Below, one piece after another: positions 38,525-47,300 of a stretch of 64,000 bases of DNA. Below the pieces are notes generated by a model, which was given only the letters and a program-made list of their open reading frames with translations, ran no database searches and had not been told where the DNA came from. The translations under genes and the position numbers were made by a program. Every line of letters begins with the position of its first letter. Position 1 is the first letter of the stretch. Origin of the DNA: a virus. Location: IMG/VR virus record IMGVR_UViG_3300037311_000293; one strand, 5' to 3'.

Positions 38525-38755
38525 ACGCCAGCCTCACTGCCGAGATGTGAATGAACGCCTGCTCTGCCGGCAACCCCTCTGGGTACTCCAGTCCTGCCCA
38601 CCGAAAGACCTGACGTGTTGTAGTGAACGGGTCATCCCAATCCGGAGAATGACCCACGCAGTCGTTCCAAACGACCCAGCTACCCCAGCGTTCCTTCAGG
38701 AGCTCGATGTACACCACAGCATGGGCGTAGAGAACAGCCGTGGCGCTGTCGTAGC

Positions 38756-39316
38756 TCAGCCCAGACTGCTCATCACCGAGTCGCATGTTGTCCGAAACCG
38801 CTCGATCAGGCGCTTCACTCTGTCGTCGGTCGTGTCCTCTGCCGCCATGACAACGCGGAAGGCGTCCCTGACGTAGCTCTTGCGAGCGTTCACGCCCCAG
38901 GACGGGGGCTCCGAGATCATGCCACCGACGTTCGACATCTTGTCTGCGATCTTCACCGCTCGCGCCGAGTCATTCATGTGACCCATCATCGTGATCTGAT
39001 GCTGAGCCTTTGCGGCGTAGTCGTTCTGCAATGCAGGCGGAAGAGTCAGCCACTCGACCTCAAGTGCCACCTCGCCACCAAATGACTCCTTGATGTGCGA
39101 CAACGGGACATGGGTGTCCTCGACGACGTCGTGGAGAAGAGCCACGATGACAGTGTGATCAGGAAACCCTTCTTCGGCAACGATCTGTCCGACCTCGAAA
39201 CAGTGCGAGACGTACGGAATCTTCCGCTTGGTGATCGGGTCGTAGTGATCCACGCTGCGGTACTGGCCCTGATGCGCGCGGGCCGCAAGACGCGCTGCCT
39301 TCATGACGTCTTTCAT
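38756..39316 (-). CDS. HD-domain hydrolase, small alarmone hydrolase / Mesh1-like
   Basis: A.AHQGQYR....PYVSH, ALLHDVVEDT, I...FG.EV...V..LT, VKIADK.SN. Confidence 0.8.
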   Translation of the reverse strand: MKDVMKAARLAARAHQGQYRSVDHYDPITKRKIPYVSHCFEVGQIVAEEGFPDHTVIVALLHDVVEDTHVPLSHIKESFGGEVALEVEWLTLPPALQNDYAAKAQHQITMMGHMNDSARAVKIADKMSNVGGMISEPPSWGVNARKSYVRDAFRVVMAAEDTTDDRVKRLIERFRTTCDSVMSSLG

Positions 39317-39660
39317 GCGTCCTCCTTCTTGGTGGACAACAAAGCGTTGAGTAGGGTTCCTCCCATCGACTGTGTCGCCGTTCCCTTGAGCTTCTTCTTG
39401 CCGTTGGCGAATCGGACGTGGGTGTCCGACGACGCATGCCTGATGAGATCGAGAATCTCGACGATCCTGTCATCCGGAAGATGACTCATGGGCTGGAACC
39501 CATCTGCGGTCAGGCGCCCGATCCTGTAGCTGTAGATCGGCTTGTCCATTTTGGTTCGCTGATCGAACACGAATGCCACGCTCACGCGACACACTACCCG
39601 CCACTTCAGGTGCTCGGGTCCCGTGTAGTCCAAGAAATCTTTCCACTCCAACTTTCTCAT
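39313..39660 (-). CDS. hypothetical protein
   Basis: Start MRKLEWK. Confidence 0.45.
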   Translation of the reverse strand: MRKLEWKDFLDYTGPEHLKWRVVCRVSVAFVFDQRTKMDKPIYSYRIGRLTADGFQPMSHLPDDRIVEILDLIRHASSDTHVRFANGKKKLKGTATQSMGGTLLNALLSTKKEDA

Positions 39661-40424
39661 CGCCTTGCTCCTCGGGGGTATCCCCACGCCCAGATGTTCC
39701 ATCCTGCCCGTCGCTTGGACTCCAGCTTCCAGTCCTCGCGTGCGGCAAAGAAGCCCTCCCAGATATCGAGGGCGAATCGACAACTACGCGGAAACTTCTC
39801 CATCTCCTCCCAGACATCACCACAGATCACGTCGGCACCGTACTTCTTGCAAAGGTCGTTGCCGAACCAATCCAAGAGCTCTCTATTCTTCTCGATGACT
39901 GTGATCTTCTTCACCACCGAGCGCTTCTGCACCTCGTGAAGAAACCACCCCATCCCGAGCCCACCAATCACTACGTGATCACGGGAGAAGCGGATACCAC
40001 TCTGTTGAGACAAGATCTCAGCAGGGGTGAGACTCATCCACGTACTGCCCCCAAGCTGAAGACACGGAAAGACAATGTCTTCGGTGAAGAAGACATAGGG
40101 ATGGTGATCTGTCCGATGATCGAGAGGCATCGACAATGCCACACCCCTGGGGAGCTTGAGGGTCCGTACAGTGATGTCGCCATAGTCCAGGTAAGTGCCT
40201 TCTCTGTGATCCATCGGATTCGATGATATCACCTCCGTCTTGAGCGGGAACTCGAAGTCCGAAACGTATGTCTCGGCACGTACCAGGATGTCCCCGCGTG
40301 GCGCCTTCATCTTAGGGTTCCAGTCGATCTCCTCCTTGTTCTTGATCAGCATCTCGAAGCGGCGTTGCAGCATCGTAGCGCGACGTTCGCCTGTAGGATC
40401 TGAGAGCCACGAGTACATCATCAT
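39657..40424 (-). CDS. class I SAM-dependent methyltransferase / spermidine-synthase-like protein
   Basis: VVIGGLGMG, ITVIEK, VICGD and ALDIW motifs. Confidence 0.65.
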   Translation of the reverse strand: MMMYSWLSDPTGERRATMLQRRFEMLIKNKEEIDWNPKMKAPRGDILVRAETYVSDFEFPLKTEVISSNPMDHREGTYLDYGDITVRTLKLPRGVALSMPLDHRTDHHPYVFFTEDIVFPCLQLGGSTWMSLTPAEILSQQSGIRFSRDHVVIGGLGMGWFLHEVQKRSVVKKITVIEKNRELLDWFGNDLCKKYGADVICGDVWEEMEKFPRSCRFALDIWEGFFAAREDWKLESKRRAGWNIWAWGYPRGARR

Positions 40425-41182
40425 GTTCTGATAGGTCTTCTGCCTGTTTTCTCGCCACTAGCGGCCTGGACGCGCTCGAGTCGTATCTGCTGCGCCACAT
40501 CGGCGTACTTGATGTGCGGAGGCTTGGCCTCTTCGTTCAGTACGTACTCCCACGCCCGTCCTTGCTTCTTACCGTTGGCCTTGATCCATTTGTTCTGCAC
40601 CCACCGCGTCATGCTCATCCCGATGTTGCGGAAGTCTGAGCTGGTGAGAAAGCCACGCTCCAAGCAATCAAGGCACAGATTGATCGCCTTGACCTTCCAT
40701 GGAGTGATCTTCGTCGGACTGCGTACACCGGCTGGCGTCCAGAGCTCGATGTCGGGATACCACAGCGGTGTGCCGTAGTACTGCTTCATCCGGAGCGGAA
40801 GAGCATCGAGAATAGTTGGATCCTTTTTCCGTTTCGGGTGGGTTTCATAGACCTCTACCTGAAGCCGGCGAGCGAGCTCACGAAAGTCCGAGGTGGCCGT
40901 GGGTACGAGTGCGACGTGGAAATCTGGACCCGCATCGCCGTGCCACGCAGGCATCGCCTGCCTAAGAACCGTGACGTTGGCCTGCATCTTGGCCTCTACA
41001 GCTATCTGCATGCCGGGCGTCGCCTGACGCGTCGTCGTCTTGTTCGTGGCAACGAGCAGAAGATCGCAATCCGAGGTCTCGGGATACACAGACCATCCCC
41101 TGCCACGTGCGAGCTCGCTAAAGCGGTCGCAAAGGTCTTTCTCGTTCTTGAGATCGTGCTTCTTTCGTCCCATGACCAACAC
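40421..41182 (-). CDS. PD-(D/E)XK nuclease-like protein
   Basis: E...C...D.LLV...IAVEAK...VLRQA pattern. Confidence 0.55.
   Translation of the reverse strand: MLVMGRKKHDLKNEKDLCDRFSELARGRGWSVYPETSDCDLLLVATNKTTTRQATPGMQIAVEAKMQANVTVLRQAMPAWHGDAGPDFHVALVPTATSDFRELARRLQVEVYETHPKRKKDPTILDALPLRMKQYYGTPLWYPDIELWTPAGVRSPTKITPWKVKAINLCLDCLERGFLTSSDFRNIGMSMTRWVQNKWIKANGKKQGRAWEYVLNEEAKPPHIKYADVAQQIRLERVQAASGEKTGRRPIRT
40428..40435 (-). promoter_or_regulatory. recurrent motif CCTATCAG
   Basis: Only 3 nt before ATG at 40424. Confidence 0.45.
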
Positions 41183-41191
41183 CGTAGCAAA

Positions 41192-41215
41192 AAGGGCGGT
41201 GAGATCACCGCCCTT
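41192..41215 (-). terminator. rho-independent terminator
   Basis: AAGGGCGGTGA/TCACCGCCCTT stem plus T-tract. Confidence 0.75.
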
Positions 41216-41219
41216 GAGT

Positions 41220-41885
41220 TCAACTTCTGATGATGTCCGCTGCGGCTACTGTTCCTCGCCGCTGCTCCTCTTCTTGCTGAGCAGCGCGTTGTAGGCGCTG
41301 TCTTCGTGCGGCTTCACGATCTACTCGGTAGAACCGGTTGTGTAGACGAAGCTGAGCACCATCTTCGATGCTGCGTACTGTTCGTGTCAGAAGAACACCT
41401 CCAGCAGGCGTTCGGTCCATGCTGCCTCCCCAGTGCTCGGCCTGGGGAAGGGGGTCCGTCAGTCTGCCTGCCTCGAACAACGCCACTGTTTCACGGACAT
41501 GATCCCACGCCGGAGCGTAGTTCCGCCAATCCACGACACTCGGCATTCCGGGGTCGGATACCAGAGGACCCCACGGCAGAGCTCGAACCCATGCTTGTCT
41601 CGACGACGGGCGGCGAACTCTGTGAACGGAACAGTACCTCCGGATCGTGGTCTCGAACCGATAGGCACCTCGAGTTTCTCGGATCGACTGCCATCGACGA
41701 AGAAGCACGTGACTGATTGCTGAGTGCTCGGTCCGGTTTCTCCAACCGGCCTCGGCCACCAAGCACTGAGCCAGCGCCAATCGAGTGGAGTCGTCCCACA
41801 CCGGTGTCGTTTCCGACGCCGATGCCTCCTGGGGGCCAAGAAGGAGCCCCAAGGTGGTCAGAATCAAGATGGTGTACGTACGCAT
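41220..41885 (-). CDS. SleB/Hydrolase_2-like cell-wall hydrolase with signal peptide
   Basis: Hydrophobic N-terminus plus ASA; LAQCLVAEAG...AI.HV..RR...DP...A.H...H.FY. Confidence 0.55.
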   Translation of the reverse strand: MRTYTILILTTLGLLLGPQEASASETTPVWDDSTRLALAQCLVAEAGWRNRTEHSAISHVLLRRWQSIRETRGAYRFETTIRRYCSVHRVRRPSSRQAWVRALPWGPLVSDPGMPSVVDWRNYAPAWDHVRETVALFEAGRLTDPLPQAEHWGGSMDRTPAGGVLLTRTVRSIEDGAQLRLHNRFYRVDREAARRQRLQRAAQQEEEQRRGTVAAADIIRS

Positions 41886-41900
41886 TTCTATCTCCCAGGA

Positions 41901-42485
41901 TCAAGTGGTGTACTTGATCTGTCTGTGCACCGGTGTTGTGCCGTGCTTCTTGATGGCACGCCGGTGTTCCTCGGTGCCGTAACCAAAGTTCCTCTCCCAG
42001 CCGTATGCAGGGTACTCCGCGTGAAGTTTGATCATCGCGTCGTTTCTGAGGGTCTTTGCTACGACACTGGCCGCACCCACGGCGACGATGCGATCGTCGG
42101 CCTTGGGCATGAACCGAACATGTAGATGTGGTCTAACACGAGACAGCGTCCTGGCGACTATAGAGTCGGGGAGGCCGTCGATCACGATTTTTGCTGTAGT
42201 GTCCTCCGTAGTGAGACGCTTGATCACTTCGATTACGGCGCGACGCCATGCCGTACCGTGTCCTTCTTGCTTCATCTGATCGGCACTGACGTACTCGCAT
42301 ACGGCATGTGCCGTGTCAGCTATCTCGACGAACATGCGCCGACGAGCCTGGTCGCTGAGCTTCTTGGAGTCCCGTACCCCAGCCGCCCTTAGATAGGCCG
42401 CTGTGGTTTCATCCATCGCAGCAGCAACAACCGTGAACGGACCAGCCCACGCCCCAGTACCAGACTCATCGACGCCGATGATCAT
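41901..42485 (-). CDS. rnhB: ribonuclease HII
   Basis: GVDESGTGAWAGP, DSKKL, IDG, KAD, AASVVAK..R, YGW..N.GYGT..H. Confidence 0.92.
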   Translation of the reverse strand: MIIGVDESGTGAWAGPFTVVAAAMDETTAAYLRAAGVRDSKKLSDQARRRMFVEIADTAHAVCEYVSADQMKQEGHGTAWRRAVIEVIKRLTTEDTTAKIVIDGLPDSIVARTLSRVRPHLHVRFMPKADDRIVAVGAASVVAKTLRNDAMIKLHAEYPAYGWERNFGYGTEEHRRAIKKHGTTPVHRQIKYTT

Positions 42486-43078
42486 GCTTGCTTGAGCTCC
42501 ATCATGATTTCCACGAAGGCGTAGCTCTGTCTCCGTGCATCCTCAAGCGCAACATGAGGCTGATCGCCCGAGATCCATTCGGGCTTCCAATGCCGACGCC
42601 TGGATTCCGGGTACGTCTTACCCAAGGCGACCATCGCGAGCGTCGGCAGATCGAGGCATCCGATGCCGCAGTGGTTCTCCGCAGCGAACGCTGCCCAACG
42701 CGGCTCGTAGGACTCCATGTAATCGCGTAGGAGCGGGAAATCGAACGCCGCTGGGTTGGCGACGAAGGCGATGCCCTCGCCCTCCTTCTTCAGGCCGAGG
42801 AGCCAGTTCATGAAGTACGGGATCGCCGTTTCGGGCTCCCACGGAGAGCTGGTTGACGCCGCCAATGCCTTCTCGTTCTCCGGCAATGCCCACCACGCCC
42901 GCGTGTCCGCGTCCCAGGAGCGCCACGGCGGCACCTCGAGGTTCATCGTGAAGTCGGAGACCGGCTCCAGCGTACTTCCAACGAGCTCCTGTCGATGTGC
43001 GACGGCACCGATGCTCAGAACCGCATGACGGCGGGGCACCCATCCAGTGGTCTCGAGGTCGAAGTTGATGTAGATCAC
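42482..43078 (-). CDS. DEDDh 3'-5' exo(ribo)nuclease
   Basis: FDLETTG, NPAAFDF, HVALEDA. Confidence 0.8.
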   Translation of the reverse strand: MIYINFDLETTGWVPRRHAVLSIGAVAHRQELVGSTLEPVSDFTMNLEVPPWRSWDADTRAWWALPENEKALAASTSSPWEPETAIPYFMNWLLGLKKEGEGIAFVANPAAFDFPLLRDYMESYEPRWAAFAAENHCGIGCLDLPTLAMVALGKTYPESRRRHWKPEWISGDQPHVALEDARRQSYAFVEIMMELKQA

Positions 43079-43563
43079 AGATTCCTCTTGTGCTTTCGGA
43101 TCACAGACATGATTCGGTCAACGGCGATTTGGTGCCGTTCTCGTGTTGGAAACTTCGTCAGTACAGGACGGATAGCCTCGCGTCCCGCAGGGGTCATGTT
43201 GAGCTCAGACATCATCCGCAGGAAAGCGACTCCTAGCGGCCGGCCGAATACCTCTTTTCCGGTAACGATCTCGAAGACTCGCATCACAATGGCTTGCGTA
43301 CGAATCTCATCGATGTCCTTGGCGAGATTCCTACGATCCTTCTGAATCTCCCAAAACGCTGCCGGCGCCTCGCCAATATCCTCGGTCAGCACCCCGGCCA
43401 GTTCGTAGTGCGCGAGCTCGTGAACGATGTACTCGAAGTACCCGTATTCCTTTGCCCCGAAGGCGTGTGCAACGTGGGTGAAGCCGAAGGATTCGTCGAT
43501 CTCTATGTCCAGGTCATAGCCGATCGACAAGGCTATGGCCTCGAGTTTAGAGGGGGTGTACAT
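43075..43563 (-). CDS. HExxH metallopeptidase-like protein
   Basis: IVHELAHY...DEIRTQA. Confidence 0.4.
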   Translation of the reverse strand: MYTPSKLEAIALSIGYDLDIEIDESFGFTHVAHAFGAKEYGYFEYIVHELAHYELAGVLTEDIGEAPAAFWEIQKDRRNLAKDIDEIRTQAIVMRVFEIVTGKEVFGRPLGVAFLRMMSELNMTPAGREAIRPVLTKFPTRERHQIAVDRIMSVIRKHKRNL

Positions 43564-43574
43564 GCTCTCTAACG

Positions 43575-43582
43575 CTGATAGG
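43575..43582 (-). promoter_or_regulatory. recurrent motif CCTATCAG
   Basis: TTTTTGCGCCTATCAG, 11 nt before ATG at 43563. Confidence 0.5.
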
Positions 43583-43618
43583 CGCAAAAAGATGATCGTT
43601 ACCGACCATCTTCTTCAA

Positions 43619-44755
43619 TCACCACTGCACCTGGACGACTCCTGTGGTGTGCGTGCGGTAGCACCACAACCCGAAGTCGGCATAGGCACAGAGATGCGCG
43701 TTCCCCTGGAGCAGCGTGACTTCATAGTCCACGAGGTCAGTGATCACAGTGGTCTGCCAGAACGAGTCGCGGCGCTGACAACGTACGCGGTCGGTCACCC
43801 AGGCGCAGTCGTTCTGCAACCACAACCGGCGATCGTTCTCGCCGGCACGGCCGATCTGATACGACCCACAATCCGTCGTAGCACCGGGCTTGGAGCGGCA
43901 CGTACCGTCGAACAAGTCGAAGGCCACACCACCGGTCCCGTCGAACGCCAACACGCCTTCCGGGCGCGCGCCTGCGACTGACTGACGAACCACGACATCG
44001 GCGCACTCTCGAGGAATGTCCGTCGTTGTCACCCGGCAGTCGTAGGAGTAGAGACCGCGGGTCGAGTGATAGCACCTGACCTCGCTGCCTCTCCATCCGC
44101 AGACCGACATCACACCGTACTCCGAAGATCGCGAGCTGAACCCGCTGCCCTTGGCCAGCCTGTCGAGGACGAGCCCTGGCGCCTCGTACATCACACCCGA
44201 GGGCACTGCACCGGATACCGGGCGCTCTGCGTTGGCACACCACGTCGACCCGTCCGCCCGAAGCGCACAGGTCCCTGCGGCACTGACAAACCCGCTGCCG
44301 AACCAGCGCGGGCGCAGGAGCGCGTCGGCCTCGGCCTCCCAGCCGTATCGACCCCAGCACCAGAAGTGTCCGGCGTCGTCGACGGCACAGTTGGCCTCGG
44401 TGATGTCGACCGCAGCCCCCACCGGGGTCTCCGGAGGACCAGGCGGCCCGGCATCGACGCCGGAGTCCACACCACCATCGGTACCGCCATCCATCCCGGC
44501 GTCGCTGGGCTCGATCCCGACGTCGGCGCCGGCGTCAGAGCCATCCATCCCGGCATCCGTACCATCGACCCCAGAATCGGGCCCGGCGTCCGTACCGCCA
44601 TCCCCGAAGCCACCATCACTGCCGGCGTCATCACTGCCGGCGTCGCCGAAGATACCAGTATCCGCGACACCAGCGTCCTGCATGCTTTGCGCATCGATCC
44701 CCGGCACGGGGCGAGCGCTACCACACGCGACCAGAAACACGAAGATCATGCGCAT
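43619..44755 (-). CDS. lipoprotein with Asp-Ala-Gly low-complexity linker and RCC1/BLIP-II-like repeats
   Basis: Lipobox FLVAC; many DAG/DGG/DSG units; repeats such as CAVDDAGHFWCWG and CALRADGSTWC. Confidence 0.7.
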   Translation of the reverse strand: MRMIFVFLVACGSARPVPGIDAQSMQDAGVADTGIFGDAGSDDAGSDGGFGDGGTDAGPDSGVDGTDAGMDGSDAGADVGIEPSDAGMDGGTDGGVDSGVDAGPPGPPETPVGAAVDITEANCAVDDAGHFWCWGRYGWEAEADALLRPRWFGSGFVSAAGTCALRADGSTWCANAERPVSGAVPSGVMYEAPGLVLDRLAKGSGFSSRSSEYGVMSVCGWRGSEVRCYHSTRGLYSYDCRVTTTDIPRECADVVVRQSVAGARPEGVLAFDGTGGVAFDLFDGTCRSKPGATTDCGSYQIGRAGENDRRLWLQNDCAWVTDRVRCQRRDSFWQTTVITDLVDYEVTLLQGNAHLCAYADFGLWCYRTHTTGVVQVQW

Positions 44756-44775
44756 AGTTACCTCCTCTTCGCTAT

Positions 44776-44783
44776 CTTATAGG
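44776..44783 (-). promoter_or_regulatory. recurrent motif CCTATAAG
   Basis: Before GAGGAGGT and ATG at 44755. Confidence 0.55.
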
Positions 44784-44800
44784 CGATTTTGAGGGGGTAT

Positions 44801-45325
44801 TCAGACCATCGAAACGGCCTCCATGAGCGTGACACCTGCCGGCAGAAACCTCGACGCCTTCCGGGACAGCGCTTCACGCACGCGCCTCTGCTGACGATTC
44901 GCTCGACCAGACATCAACTGCTTGATGTGAGACAGCGTACGAAGTTGCTGATCGTTGAGGCGGCTGAGCTCCCTCATCACCTCGTCCCGCCTCCCGATGA
45001 GATCCGGCTCCGTATTGATCTCGTCGGTCTTCGGCTTTTCGGCGATGTGCACCGCATCCGGGCTTACGCCCAACGACGCCGCAACGCGGACCTCGAGGGC
45101 CGAGTAGTCGACACCGAGAAGAGTGCCGTCCGCGGTGCCCTTGACCTCGGTCTCTTCGGTCTTCGCGATCTCTTCGGTCTTCTGCGTGTCGATGTGCGCG
45201 CGGTACAGCTCGATGAGCTGGTCTTTCTTTTCGCGGGAGCGACCCTTCGCGAGCTCAGGATGCTCCTGGCGCAGGAACTGGATCATCTCGTCTCGCGTGA
45301 GGGCCTTGAACTCTTCGATCTTCAT
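44801..45325 (-). CDS. hypothetical protein with HeH/Rho-N-like N-terminus
   Basis: LTRDEMIQFL...KGRS..KKDQLI; contains DYSALEVRV. Confidence 0.45.
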   Translation of the reverse strand: MKIEEFKALTRDEMIQFLRQEHPELAKGRSREKKDQLIELYRAHIDTQKTEEIAKTEETEVKGTADGTLLGVDYSALEVRVAASLGVSPDAVHIAEKPKTDEINTEPDLIGRRDEVMRELSRLNDQQLRTLSHIKQLMSGRANRQQRRVREALSRKASRFLPAGVTLMEAVSMV

Positions 45326-45741
45326 AGCGGACCTTCCCATACTGTAGACCCGTCTCGGTACACACCGAGGATTGGGGTCCCTATCTTCCTGGCAAACTCA
45401 ACGATCTCACGATCTGCTGTATCCAACCGATGAACAGCAGATTTATCGAACACGTTTCGAGGAAACCCAATGAGCAGATCTACCCCATCCAGCAGAGCTA
45501 CAGATCGCTGCTCAGAGTCGTCGTGGAGCGCGTATCCCGACCATGCACACACGCACCCCGTCACGTGATCGAAAGCCACACGACTGCCACGTACGAACAG
45601 CGCTTGCGGATTCACAGACACAACGATGCTCAGCACATCGTGAAGCATGAAGTAGTCGGTCCATGCCGTACGCGACACATCGCCCACGACGGCGACTACA
45701 GCCGAGCCACGGCGCCGAAGATGATTGATCGCGTTCTGCAT
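45322..45741 (-). CDS. divergent SLOG (DUF2493-like) protein
   Basis: VAVVGD...L...LFVRGS...D.LIGF...IV..A..IG.P. Confidence 0.35.
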   Translation of the reverse strand: MQNAINHLRRRGSAVVAVVGDVSRTAWTDYFMLHDVLSIVVSVNPQALFVRGSRVAFDHVTGCVCAWSGYALHDDSEQRSVALLDGVDLLIGFPRNVFDKSAVHRLDTADREIVEFARKIGTPILGVYRDGSTVWEGPL

Positions 45742-45742
45742 G

Positions 45743-46090
45743 TCAGAGCTCGTGTACGTATACGGGCTTACCCCTACTCTTCATCTTTGCGATCATGTCT
45801 GCGGTTCCCCCACTCTTGGAGAACCACACGGCGATCAGGGCATCAGCATAGTCGGCCATGCGGGTGTTGCGCAGTTTGCCGGCGGCCATGTTCTTGTCCC
45901 AGTCGGCGTCTTCGACGTAGAACGTCTTGATCGGCTTGCGATTGACCCCGGCCCACACTTCTCCAAAGGTATCAGCGCCCGCAGCACCACCGCTCACGAC
46001 TTCCGTGATCGAATAGCCGGACAACCGTATGGCGTCGAGCACGTCGGTATACTTCACGCCCTTCCTGCTACCCGCGATGATCACTTTCAT
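45743..46090 (-). CDS. YspA/SLOG (DUF2493-like) nucleotide-binding protein
   Basis: VIIAGSR, VVSGGAAGAD, AG.LRN..MA.YADALIA.W..KSGGT..MI. Confidence 0.8.
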   Translation of the reverse strand: MKVIIAGSRKGVKYTDVLDAIRLSGYSITEVVSGGAAGADTFGEVWAGVNRKPIKTFYVEDADWDKNMAAGKLRNTRMADYADALIAVWFSKSGGTADMIAKMKSRGKPVYVHEL

Positions 46091-47300
46091 GTTCGATGAT
46101 CCTGTTGTAGAGAGTAGTAGTTCTTGACCGCGGATCGTTGTTGGTCAACGCCGAAGCGAGACCGGTGTCGCTGTAGAACATGACCACACCCTTCTTAGCG
46201 CGCGTAACCGCGGTGTAGAGTAGCTGGCGGTTCCACATGTAGTGGTGGCTGCCGTGTACCACCACGACAACCCAGTCCCATTCCGATCCCTGCGACTTGT
46301 GGATGGTGAGAGCATAGGCGAGCCGTAGAGTCGCCGCTTCCTCACGGGTGAAGTCAACTACGTTGCCGTCGAAGTCGACTGACATCTTGTCGTCTTTGAT
46401 CTCTACGACCTCTCCAATCTCCCCGTTGAAGACGTTCTTGTCGTAGTTGTTCTCGGTGGCCATCACTTGATCACGCGCACGGATTGCGTACTTCCCGCCC
46501 TTCGACGTCTTGGCGTTGAAGTGTGGTTCGTCCTCACCGTTGATCCGTTGAATCGGATTGATTGCAGACTGCAAGTAGTTGTTCAGCTTCTCGATGCCGA
46601 TGTCGCCTGAGTTCTGCGGAGCCAAGACTTGGATATCCTTGATCCCGGCTTCGGGCATGGACTTTGTGACCATGGCCGTGAGGGTACGCGCCAGCTTTTC
46701 TGCATCCGACAGCTTGTACGCCCGAAAGTCCGGACATCCTGTCAGGATGTCGATGTCTCCTGACAGGATCAGCGGAGCGTTTCTGCACACCCAGGACTCC
46801 AGCGCAGAACGATGAACCTTCTCGAGACGGACCACGGGCAGAGCATTGGACAAGATGATGTCTTCGAAGACGCGCCCAGGACCCACTGAAGGCAACTGAT
46901 CGACGTCTCCCATGAAGAAGAGTCGGGTCTTCTGCGTGTTGACGGCGTCGAGGAGCGCTGCCGCCGTCTCCGTGTCGAGCATGGAAGACTCGTCGACGAT
47001 CAATACATCGTGAGTCAGCGGATTCTGTGCGTTGTATCCGTATTCCCAACGACCAGGGCCGCCCTTGGCATCCAGAAGCCGATGAACCGTGAACGCCGCG
47101 GTGTTGGTGACCTCTGTGATCCTCTTGGCTGCTTTGCCGGTTGGGGCTACGAGACCAACAAGCCGCCCACGCATTCGCGACAGCGCCTCCTTGAGGATCG
47201 TAGTCTTACCCGTACCAGGCCCACCGGTGACGACACCGCTACGACTGTTCACCAACATCTGAACTGCTGTCTCTTGCGTCGGATCCAGTACGATCGTCAT
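46068..47300 (-). CDS. recD: RecD/RecD2-like SF1B helicase, catalytic part
   Basis: Walker A GGPGTGKT, LVAPTGKAA, IVDESSM, GDVDQLPSVGPG, YALTIHKSQGSE, LLYTAVTRAK. Confidence 0.9.
   Translation of the reverse strand: MTIVLDPTQETAVQMLVNSRSGVVTGGPGTGKTTILKEALSRMRGRLVGLVAPTGKAAKRITEVTNTAAFTVHRLLDAKGGPGRWEYGYNAQNPLTHDVLIVDESSMLDTETAAALLDAVNTQKTRLFFMGDVDQLPSVGPGRVFEDIILSNALPVVRLEKVHRSALESWVCRNAPLILSGDIDILTGCPDFRAYKLSDAEKLARTLTAMVTKSMPEAGIKDIQVLAPQNSGDIGIEKLNNYLQSAINPIQRINGEDEPHFNAKTSKGGKYAIRARDQVMATENNYDKNVFNGEIGEVVEIKDDKMSVDFDGNVVDFTREEAATLRLAYALTIHKSQGSEWDWVVVVVHGSHHYMWNRQLLYTAVTRAKKGVVMFYSDTGLASALTNNDPRSRTTTLYNRIIEHESDHRG

Noticed and set aside
44440-44690. Short repeated units that could suggest a CRISPR or DNA repeat array
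   Set aside because: They encode the DAG low-complexity linker; no constant repeat-spacer period. No CRISPR array was seen anywhere in the window.
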